The position numbers were made by a program, and so were the translations under genes. The notes under the pieces are model-generated. The model was not told the DNA's origin and made no database searches. It saw only the letters and a list, made by a program, of their open reading frames with translations. This document shows positions 14,101-25,360 of a DNA stretch of 33,493 bases, piece by piece; position 1 is the first letter of the stretch, and the number at the start of each line of letters is the position of its first letter. Source of the DNA: Kipferlia bialata (Eukaryota); the NCBI GenBank assembly GCA_003568945.1, contig BDIP01000075.1:1-33493 (forward strand), written 5' to 3'.

Positions 14101-15896
14101 CGGCGTGACACCTGTGGTGAAGTGTACGTTATGCTTAGGGTAACTGTTAGTATAAGGCGGCTTACCACTATACCACACCCCTCTCTAACTCTAGTAAGCA
14201 AGTTCATTCAGGAGCTATATCCAGATATACTATTGTGTCTATGACTGGTACTCACATCTATCTTACCTGTCTGAACCTGCCTCATCCCATCTTTTACCCT
14301 TGTATATCTCTAACTATATATACATATATATACGTATACTCCTCTGACCCTAGTAGGCAAGTTCATCCAGGAGGCCATGCCGGCCAAGATGGACGTGTAC
14401 AAGATCACACACGCGCCCAAGTACTACAGGTATACTATCCACATATATATATGCATAGTACTAAATTTTTATTCCGATATATACCGACGCACCCAAGTGC
14501 TACATGTACTCTAGATTGACGTATTCATATATGTACTTTAGCAACCAATGCCACCAAGCACTACAGGATGCTATATATACCGGTACTAATACCACAGGAT
14601 CCGCTATGTCCTTGTGGGTGACAAGACAGGGGAGGGAGAGGACCCCCTCTCCGCTGTGCCCATGGGTCTGAGACACCCAGACATCGAAGTCATAGAGGAG
14701 GCAAGGTAAGGGGACGAGGCTGCGTGTAGTAACTATAGCATAACTGTCCGTCCCGTCTCACCCCAGGCTGGGCGACATGATAGGTGCCCCCATCTGGAAG
14801 GGTGGCAAGAGCAACCCCATGAACGTGGAGAGCGGGTTTGTTGTGGGGTTCTCCGATGGAAGAAGGGACGGGGGAGCAAGGTGGGTGTAGCTGTACCTTT
14901 TGGGTACATATGATTGTTCATAGCTAGTATCCTTGTGCCTCTACCCCCCCCCCTCACCGTAGGGTTGGTACTCAGCGCAGAGGCTCCTCCGGCCTAGGGG
15001 GTGCACTGGGGTGGGGCACTGACTGGGCCGGTGTCCCTGTGCTGGTGTCCCTCCCCAACAACAAGCAGGTTGGAGAGCAGGCCCCCAAGGCAGAGTATGA
15101 CTGGAACGCGGGTACTATCAAGGCAGCCGGCCTCACCCACCCCCTACCCTACAGAGGGTTTGAGGTGGTCAAGGAGAAGGGGTGGGGGGGAGCACCAACC
15201 GTGGACCTAATCATGACAGACCCAGGTAGTGGCAGCGATATGTATGCGCATAGATATGCACTGTATAGTGTATAGCCGTTCCACTGACCCCCAGCCTATG
15301 ACGACAGTGACAGCTGCCCCCTCATCACTGACGCAGCCACTGGCAGGTGGAACACATACGCCAGACCAGGCGACGGCTGTTGCTACGCTGAGACCATCGC
15401 CCTGCACGAGTCGGTGCCTGTACCCGAGTCGGAGGACGACCTGTTCAAGCGCTTGACTCCCATAGAGGGTGTCAACGCCCGTGAGTACACCCAGTCTGGC
15501 ACTGTAGGGGAGGCTGGTGAGCTAGAGGGGGTGGGCAAGTGGATGCAGTTTGCCTTCGGGGTGGGTGTCGACACAAACCGGGCAGGGTACTTCACCAAGC
15601 ACCTCTTTAAGAAGAAGGACTTTGTGTCCGTGGCTGGCCTAGGGGAGAGTGGCCCCGAGGCATTCATCTTCGACGAGGAGTACCACGGGGGTGTGGGCTG
15701 GGAGAGCGTCACAGGGTTTGAGCCCGAGGCCCCTGTGCCTGGCGGGTGGTTCTCTGACTCGGGGTGGGGGGACGGGTGCTACTTCTCCTTTGTGCTGAGG
15801 GACGGGAGGGGCAAGGCAGTCGGGGCCAGGATTCTCTACGTCCAGGAGCCAGAGCCTGAGGCAGAGGCAGAGGGAGAGGGGACTGCCGACAAGTGA
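11151..15896 (+). CDS. Large multi-exon protein with C-terminal DUF4241-like domain
   Basis: About 16 phase-consistent exons. The last two give IMTDPAYDD...ATGRWNTY...FGVGVDTNRAGYF...FSDSGWGDGCYFSFVLRDGRGKAVGARI, matching the DUF4241 signature (GVDxG...SGWGDGxY...D..G..V). The N-terminal part is unrecognised. Confidence 0.6.
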
Positions 15897-16165
15897 GACC
15901 TCTGTCTCGTTTAGCTTAGGACAGTGTGCTTGATGGGTTCATACAAGAGAGCCACCTACCGTACTGACAACTAGATAATTCCGATTAGGGAACGCAGACG
16001 ATATATTTACTATTACGAATAGATTGCGACAAGGCTGAACACTGAATCGAAGAGGAATGGTGAAGAGAGACCCGGATGACTCCAGTGGACTCCTGAGTGT
16101 GGACTCCACACTGTGGTGTGAAGCATGAAAGTCCCAACCCCACGTCAATGGTGTGAACACTGGTA

Positions 16166-16557
16166 TCACTGGTACTGCAGTGCGTGCAACGCAGCCCCTG
16201 CGTCCTCGTCCCAAGGCTTTATGCCCTGGATATCAGAGTGATATGATCTATATAGATATGAAATACAGATGTATATGATACATAAACACTGATAAAGTAG
16301 ATGCGTGGTCCCACCTGTGCCAGTAGCTCCTCTGCATAGTCCCCCTCCTCCACCCCGATGTATGCACCGTCTGTGTCCACCTCGTCCATCTCATACCCAA
16401 ACTCATCCTCCAGCTGGGGGTCAGGGGGAGAGGAATAGAATAGTATGCGGTATGGAACATAATAGTAGAGAATATAATAGTGCAGAGGAGAGAGAGGGGT
16501 CAGGGGGAGACACGGGGGAGAGGAGTACAGAATAGAATAGTATTGAGGAGAGGGGGG

Positions 16558-16596
<39 letters not shown>

Positions 16597-17419
16597 GGAG
16601 AATTATGCACACATGAAGGTTCGAAGAGAATTACTCTAGAGAAATACAATATCAGGAGCGAAAGGAAGGAACATTCAGGATATAGAGGGAGTATAACATG
16701 GGCACCAACCTTGGCCAGGATGCTCTTCTCCCTGGCACTGCCCTCGGGGTCTCTCTCAATGCCAACCTGGGGTGGGGAGGGGCATATAGACAGCTAAGAA
16801 GGTGTGTCTGGAGAAGCCAGAAGACTCTGTAGAATCCCTAATAGTCTGTACTGGGATATCAAGCGCTGATTCAGATAGTGGTATCTAGGAATGCATCCAC
16901 CCCCACCTTGAGCATATCCACTATGTCCTGCACAGTTGCCATGGCTAACTGTCTTGCTAGGATGTAGGCCTTCAACTGAAGGGTAAGGAGGGAGAGAAAA
17001 GCAAACACGGAGGAATACTATACATTGATAAATACGGATAGATAGTCAAAGAGACAGAGAGGGGTGGGTTGGTGATACATACATACTGCAAACACGTAGT
17101 CTATATACGCTACATATACAACAGTTGTCCCCACCCCGTCCTTGCTCATGTTCTTCTCCCTGCCATACTCCTTAGACTGCCAGTCCAGATGCTCCTTGGC
17201 AATGTTGTAGCCCTTGCGGGCCTGAGTGAGAGATAACGGGAGAGAGAGAGAATGGAGAGACAGGCGTCTGAGGCACAAACCAGGTGAATCTCCGTACCAG
17301 GTTCCTGCGCCGTCTGTTCTCCTGGGCCTCCTCAATGTCCATGGCAAGGTCCATCTCTCTGGGGTGAGAGAGATATAGATAGGGGGGGGGGGGGGGGGGG
17401 GAAGGGAGGGAGAGAGAGA

Positions 17420-17458
<39 letters not shown>

Positions 17459-17713
17459 CTGTCTGAGAAAGAATAAGAGATACACTATTCTGTGGACATT
17501 GGGACCATACAATAGGACACAGCAGCTCAGAAATATATACATACATTGGCGACAGAATACACACAACTGACAATGCTCACCTAGCATCTCTGCGTACTGG
17601 CTGAAGCTGAGGGCTGTGACGTAGAACAGCTCTGGGGTGCCAGAGGCAGAGGACGCATACACACCCAGGGCCATGCCGCAACAGTGCTGCAGGAGGAGAG
17701 GGTCGGAACCTGG

Positions 17714-17747
<34 letters not shown>

Positions 17748-20700
17748 CTCGAAGCCTGGGTAAGAGAGAAGAGCACAAGATGAACTAAAAGCAAAGGTGT
17801 GTATACGCACCGCATGCTGTGAATACTGACTGCATCTTGAGGATGGCGGCCTCTGCCACCTCCACCCCAGTGCCCATGACCCACTCTCTGTCCTCGCCCT
17901 CCAGCTCCACACCTGCCTGTGTGACACAGGGCAGGAACGAGAGCGTGGAGGTGGGGGAGTAGGGCTCCACTCCACCCAGGGCAAGGGGGGAGAGGGGGGT
18001 CACCTGGGTGTAAGAACTCATCCACATCATATATTGGGAACTGACTGATGAAGGTGGGAGCTATATGATACTGAAGTACATACCTTGCAAGAAGCAATGG
18101 GACCGGTAGATGCAAGGGAGTGCACCAGCATGGGAAGTCCAAAGAACTTGGCGCGCTTCTCAGTCTTGTCACCAACCGTGTGGGACTGCAGGGCTGGCTT
18201 GGGCATGGACACAACTGTGTGGCCCTGGTACTTGGGGTTCTGCAGCATCCTGAGGGTCAGAGATAAACTCGATCGGAACACCACAATCCTGTCAATAGGA
18301 CACATACACACAAATGCATAAATATGTCCAAGTACACCATATGCATACTTACCTAAGGAATGCCTCTGGGACAGGGGACGCCATGCCGAGACCAGACCCA
18401 CCGGCATAGGAAGAGCTGATGGATAAGAGGGGTGATGGAGGAACACTACATAGAGTTCTGGTACATGCATATATATCCCATGTCCTACCTGCTGAAGAAG
18501 GGCTTGACTGTGAAGGAGGGTGTGAGCAGCAGCCACTCCCTCTCTGTGTTGGGGGGCACAGACTGGATGTGTACGGCTAGCTCACCTGGGTGTAAGCGAT
18601 ACATACAGAGAGAGTGTGGGTAATTACTACATACCCAGCTCGAGCGGCAGTGTGAATGCCTTGACTGTGTCGTTGGCTACAAGGTGGGACAGCAAAGGGG
18701 GGGCAAGGATCTCGCCGATGAAGGGAAGGTGGGTCACCTTGAGGTGAGACATATACACGACTATGTAGTAGGAATGTAGTAGGCATGTGTATCTTGTACT
18801 ATCCGTACCTTGGGGTACATGCCCCCTGCCTGGGAGGCACCCATGGGGAGGGAGTAGTCAACACTGGTGCTCTCACCCAGTACAACTGCCTCGACAGAAG
18901 GGGAGGCATGGGCGGCAAGGGACAGACTGGGAGTAAGGCGGTGGGGAACATCTACATACACTACCTACCCACACAATCCATAAGGAACTCACCCCTCGTT
19001 AGCAGATATGATGAGCCTCTCGAGGTCACTGCCAGCCAGGCACTTGATGGGGCCAGAGGAAGCACTGTCAGCTGGGGGTGGGTATCGAGTAATTAATAAT
19101 TGAGATAAACATACCGCGTAGTAAACCCCACCTGTGTCCTCGAGTGTCATCTGTGTCTCCAGCTTCCAGTTGGAGCTGGTCTTATACTGCATCGTGTTCT
19201 CTCTCAGGAACCTGGAGGCTGGGAGCAGATCCCTGCCTGCATGGTAAGGTTAGGATGAAAGAGAGCAAAAGGTTATGATTCATTAGAGGTAAGGAGGAGT
19301 TATTATGGATATGCGAATAGGATTCGTGAATATTCAAGAAACGTACCATACATTCCACAGAGCAGCTGCTTTCCCTTGAGCTGTCCGATAGACATGGCGC
19401 AGAAGCAGAACCTAAGGTCAGACTGATAACATGTATCAAAGATACAATACAATCTTCATACACAAAGACTATACACTCCCACCTGTCAATCTTGAAGGTG
19501 ACTCCCTTTGCAGTGTCAAAGATAATACAATATACATGTCCAGACTATCATTGATTTGATGTCCAGACTATATAGTCCCACCTGTCAATCTTGATGGTGT
19601 CTCCCTTTGCAATGTCTCTAATGGGCCACATCAGAGGCAGGAAGCCGTCTCCCACATAGAACAGAGCGGCCATCATGTTGGGCCTATGATAAGAGGGATT
19701 GATACTATAAAGACATTGTGTTCTGAATAATACGTAAGGAACACACACGTGTTATTACACACACACACCACTCACCTCTCACTGCCTGATGTGGTTGGGC
19801 TCTGATGGGCCATGGCAAACTCCTAGGGGTGAGGGTACATATTTAGGAAGACAGAGTAGTATGAAACATGCTTAAGGATAAATGGGCTAAGAATACCCAC
19901 ATGTATACACACACACATATATATATATATATATATTGTGTTTAAGAGAGAGAGAGCTATACCTGAGGAGGCAGCACTGAGATGGTTGTGGTCTCTCCCT
20001 CTGCCGTCTGGATCTCAGCAGACAGGACACGGCGCCAGAGCTCAGTTGTGACACTGGATGTAAGAGAGAGAGAAGAAGAAGGAAGAGAGAGAGAGGGGTT
20101 GTATAGGACACGGTGCCACAGCTGGGTGGTGACCCAGGTGTGAGACCAATAGGGATACATATTACTATACTCATATATCAGAGGGCTCATAGAAGAAATA
20201 CACAAAATGTACAACAGAGATTGATACGTATGAGAAATACCCACCTTGTGTGTGTGCCCTCTGGGATGGTCTCTGGCTTGAAGGGCACACAGGTGGCCTG
20301 CTTGTTGATGGCTGTGAGGCGGGGACATCTGGGGTGAGGATGTATGATACATCGTAATTCATACTATTTACTTATAGTATATATATACCCACCTCTCCAC
20401 CACCACCCTGGTCTCCACTGGGAAGAAGTCGGGGTACAGCACCTGGGATAAACAAAAACTTCCACTGTTGTGTTTGACACATATTGAGATAATTAATGTA
20501 CTCTCTCACCTCCTTGAGCTTAGGAAGGGATGTAGTGTTGTTGAGGAGGGCGAGTGCCCTCTCCCCGACCTCCTCTCCTGTGCTAGTGAGGGACATGCCC
20601 AGCCACCCAGCAAGGGCAGAGACGTACTCTGTCTGGGGTGAGGTAACACTGCTATATAGACTTGTATGTACAAATAGAGACATGCCCAGCCACCCAGCAA

Positions 20701-22582
20701 GGGCAGATATGTACTCTGTCTGGGTTGAGGGATATAATACATACAGAGAGCAACTGATACCCCGCTAAGGGCGATATATACCATATGTACCCACCTGTGT
20801 CTGGGCTGGGAGTCTGAGGTCGATGGTGTCCACCTGAGGATGAGTGGTGCCAATCATGTAGAGTATTCAGCATGTCTCGAATGAACATGGAGGTCTATCT
20901 AACTCTCTCTATCTCCATTATATATATATAAACTTGTACATACCTGTGAGGGTGGCAGCATGGGGCAGGGTGCAAGGGAGGCACGAAGTGTGGTGATCAT
21001 GCCTGGAGTAAGATGGAGATACCACATATTGGGACAGTAAATGGAGACGCCGATCTCCTGATATGGAATGGGAAACTGTAACTGTAACTTATGGAGGGCA
21101 CCTGATATGGACTCGAACTCTCCTCTCTCCTCGAGGGCCAGGCCGTTCAGAGAGGGGCACACTGGGGTGAGAGGGAGAGAGGGACAGTATGATGTTGTTA
21201 GGGTATGTCTCTCTGACGCACCCAGCCTGAGTGCCTCTACGGCCTCTCATTCTGGTAATGCATATATGTGATATATATATGCTACATGTATGATTGATGC
21301 ATGATTGATGTATGATTATAAGTAGCACTTACCAAGCCTGAGTGCTTCGATGGCCTCCCTCCTGTTCTTGAGCACAAGGGCTGGTGTGAGACATGATGAT
21401 AATACAACACATATGTTGATTTAGGGAGGAAGAGAGATGACGACTGTTCTTTAGTACAAGGGCTGGGGTGAGACATTATATATATACAATTCTACATACC
21501 CAAGTAGAGAGACCGAAAATGTCCATGCAAGGACAGTCTCTGGGGAAGGATCCGAATATATATTACATATACACACATATATATATAGAGAGAGATACCG
21601 TGCCTAGGGGTGTGTCTGACAGGTCCATGTCACACAGAGAGGTCAGGGGTGCAATAAAGCGGCACAGGGACTGCACAGAGGAGATGGGGTTGGAGGACAG
21701 ATCGATGGAGAGCAGGCTGGGGTGAGAAACGCAAGTTACACTGTAACGGCATCGCGTAGAAACAACACTCACTTGTCAAACACCCTGCTGAGGTCGACTG
21801 CGGGTAGGTCCTGGACACACCTCCCGTGAAGGTCGAGGGAGCTGCCGCCTGATGGGTTAGTAATATGTCTATGTGTGTATTAATGCAGTGTAAGTGGGTG
21901 TATAGAAATGGCGTACCTGGCTCGAATCTCTGTGCATCAAGGATGTCTGCCACACAGAGTGTGTGGGTGGGGAGCTCGGTGGGCATCTTGCGCATGACAG
22001 AGGAGTAGCTGGGAGTCAGGCAAAGAATGCCCAATTATAAGAAAGCTTTATGAAACCCTAACCACTACTATATGCAAGTATACACTCGTGCTGTCTCTCT
22101 CACCTTGGCTCGTACTCTGCGTCACTCATGTCAGTGGTGGAGTCAACACCTGGGGTGAGAAGGGGAGTATGTACAGAGGTATACACAATCTGTTATAGAC
22201 TCTAGCGACTCGTACCCTCTGCCAGGATGGCTCCGTCTGTGAGGGGTGTGTTGTCAGAGTATCTGGGTGTCTGGTACACACAGAGTACATCGGCCAGACG
22301 GTCAAGGACCTGCAGAGTGAGGGGGAGACCGACACTTTGAAGAGAGAGAGAGTGAGTGATTATTCATATATTTTACATACCTTCTGATCCTCGAGTGTCT
22401 CAGCCACACTCCCAGGGGTGAGGTCACCTACGGGTGAGTATAGAGGATAATACTATACATATTTTGAAATAGACACAAATAAGTTATGATAGTGTGTATA
22501 CACGCACCATAGAACACTGGGACGTCCATGAACACTGTGCTCAGCTTCTTGAGGGGAGAGGTGGCAAGGGACACAGGGCCCT
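16166..22582 (-). CDS. TTLL12-like protein: LRR region + SET-like domain + degenerate tubulin-tyrosine-ligase-like region; 5' end unresolved
   Basis: Minus-strand exons encode LRRs (LLSIDLSSNPISSV..LTSLCDMDLSDTPL; CPRLTAINKQ cap). They also encode EFAMAHQ...PNMMAALFYVGDGFLPLMWPIRDIAKGDTIKID, resembling the TTLL12 SET-like segment (APLFY...LLWPLRDL..GEEVTRD), and VTHLPFIGEIL. The last exon GIKPWDEDAGAALHALQYQ* ends at 16166. Confidence 0.6.
17382..17458. repeat. Poly-G / (GA)n tract in intron (polypyrimidine on the gene strand)
   Basis: Two long G runs separated by GA repeats. Confidence 0.9.
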
Positions 22583-22810
22583 GGGATGAGGGGTGCTAAG
22601 AACACCGGGTATATATACGTATATAGACACAGTAGAGAGATAAGAAATATAGAGCTTGGAGAGGTGGCAAGGGACACAGGGCTCTGGGGGGTGAGGGTAT
22701 TATAGAGATACAGTATGGGGAGATAGTGTTATTCGGAGGCATGGAGTGGAAGTAAGTGAGGAATGAGGGGGGGGGGGGGGGGGGGGGGGGAAAACAAGGG
22801 AGAGAGAGAG

Positions 22811-25323
22811 TATCTGTGCCCACAGCCACCTGGGTGCGCCTGGGAGGGTAAGAGAGGAAGAGAGAAGAAAGTGCATGGGAGAGAGAGTTGAAGAAAGAGA
22901 GAGAACATGCAAGGGAGAGAGAGAGAGTATGGTAGAGAGAGCGAGAGAGTACCCATGTGTACCTGAGTGGGTTGAATGCCGTGCAGTGCACCTCTGCATT
23001 GACAGACAGGGTGCGGAGGGCCCTGTCCCTAGGGGTAAGAGGTATGTATATATATATAGAGAGAGAGACAGAGAGAGAGAGAGAGACAGGGTGCGGAGGG
23101 CCCTGTCCCTAGGGGTGAGGTATATTATATATATATATATATGGAGAGAGAGAGAGAGAGAGAGAGACAGGATGCGGAGTGACCTGTCCCTAGGGGTGAG
23201 AGAAAGCATATCCATACATATTGTGTGAGAAAGTGTGTGTGTGTGTGTGTGTGTACTGTATACCTCCCGATGTCCCAGATCTTGACGCTCTTGTCATATG
23301 AGCCAGATGCCATGAGTCTCACCAGACGGGTGGAGTGGGCACTGCCTAGAGAGTAAGAGAGAGAGGAGGGGAGAGAGAGAGAAAGAGAGGGGTTATGAGT
23401 CTGACAAGGCGGGTGGAGTGGGCACTGCCTAGAGAGTCAGAAATAGACAAGACGTACATATTTACACAGCATAGTACAGTATATAGTATATATATATATA
23501 TCATACACTACCTGGCCTAGTCCCCGACTTGTCCCTCCCCCCACTCAGCATCTCCATGGCCTCCTCGTCTCTCTCCCTGTCCCTATCGGCCTGGGTGGCA
23601 GCTGCGGGTGAGGTCTATGCACATATGTTTGTATATATTGAGAAAGAGAGAAAAAGTATGTACTTTCTCCCTGTCGGCCTGGGTGGCTGCTGGGAGAGAG
23701 AGAGAGAGATAGAGAGAGAAAGTACTTAACTAATAGTATACAATGAGCACACATACCTAGCCCTGCCTGACTGGCTGTTGCATTGAGGGCAGCCACGACA
23801 GAGTCAGCTGGGGGGTGAGTATAACACCCAGACTAAGAGAGAGACGGTCCCTAACTGAGTACACACCTAGCCCCGTAGAGAGAGAGAGTTTGTGTGTGGT
23901 AGTGGGGATATTTTTAACTGTACAGTACACACCTAGTCCCGTTGACCCCTGGTTGGGCAGTGGCTGCAGAGTGACAGAGGACACAGTGTCTGGGGGTGAG
24001 AGGGAGAGAGAGAGAGAGAGAGTGACAGAGGACACAGTGTCTGGGGGTGAGAGGGAGAGAGANNNNNNNNNNNNNNNNNNNNNNNNNNNNNNNNNNNNNN
24101 NNNNNNNNNNNNNNNNNNNNNNNNNNNNNNNNNNNNNNNNNNNNNNNNNNNNNNNNNNNNNNNNNNNNNNNNNNNNNNNNNNNNNNNNNNNNNNNNNNNN
24201 NNNNNNNNNNNNNNNNNNNNNNNNNNNNNNNNNNNNNNNNNNNNNNNNNNNNNNNNNNNNNNNNNNNNNNNNNNNNNNNNNNNNNNNNNNNNNNNNNNNN
24301 NNNNNNNNNNNNNNNNNNNNNNNNNNNNNNNNNNNNNNNNNNNNNNNNNNNNNNNNNNNNNNNNNNNNNNNNNNNNNNNNNNNNNNNNNNNNNNNNNNNN
24401 NNNNNNNNNNNNNNNNNNNNNNNNNNNNNNNNNNNNNNNNNNNNNNNNNNNNNNNNNNNNNNNNNNNNNNNNNNNNNNNNNNNNNNNNNNNNNNNNNNNN
24501 NNNNNNNNNNNNNNNNNNNNNNNNNNNNNNNNNNNNNNNNNNNNNNNNNNNNNNNNNNNNNNNNNNNNNNNNNNNNNNNNNNNNNNNNNNNNNNNNNNNN
24601 NNNNNNNNNNNNNNNNNNNNNNNNNNNNNNNNNNNNNNNNNNNNNNNNNNNNNNNNNNNNNNNNNNNNNNNNNNNNNNNNNNNNNNNNNNNNNNNNNNNN
24701 NNNNNNNNNNNNNNNNNNNNNNNNNNNNNNNNNNNNNNNNNNNNNNNNNNNNNNNNNNNNNNNNNNNNNNNNNNNNNNNNNNNNNNNNNNNNNNNNNNNN
24801 NNNNNNNNNNNNNNNNNNNNNNNNNNNNNNNNNNNNNNNNNNNNNNNNNNNNNNNNNNNNNNNNNNNNNNNNNNNNNNNNNNNNNNNNNNNNNNNNNNNN
24901 NNNNNNNNNNNNNNNNNNNNNNNNNNNNNNNNNNNNNNNNNNNNNNNNNNNNNNNNNNNNNNNNNNNNNNNNNNNNNNNNNNNNNNNNNNNNNNNNNNNN
25001 NNNNNNNNNNNNNNNNNNNNTCTATATACGTCTATGTTCCCCTTTGCTGTGCCTGCTATGAACATGGCCACAGGGGTCGGGGTGGTGTCAGGGAACAGGG
25101 CAGAGGCTGGAGGTGAATGACTCAACTACACGATAATGTATGAAACTACGCGGTGTCGCACCTACACGCTTGATCTCCTGGTGGGGCACTGCCTCTAGGC
25201 ACTGCACCGGGTGGGAGAGAGAGAGCGGCATGGCGAGGGAGAGAGGGGGGTGCCTAAACTTGGCGGACAGGACCTGGTTGAAACCAACCACTGGCTGGGA
25301 CTCGTGGCCTGACATAAGGGTGT

Positions 25324-25360
<37 letters not shown>

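Noticed and set aside
17018..18214. 398-aa proline-rich ORF
   Set aside because: Read-through of introns containing poly-C/(CT)n; the real coding parts are short exons in different frames.
23003..23200. CRISPR-like appearance of ~33-nt repeats with spacers
   Set aside because: Eukaryotic intron context, microsatellite spacers, no cas genes; the repeats are splice-junction copies.
23815..25125. Long ORFs of 357-433 aa
   Set aside because: Artefacts of translating through the N gap.
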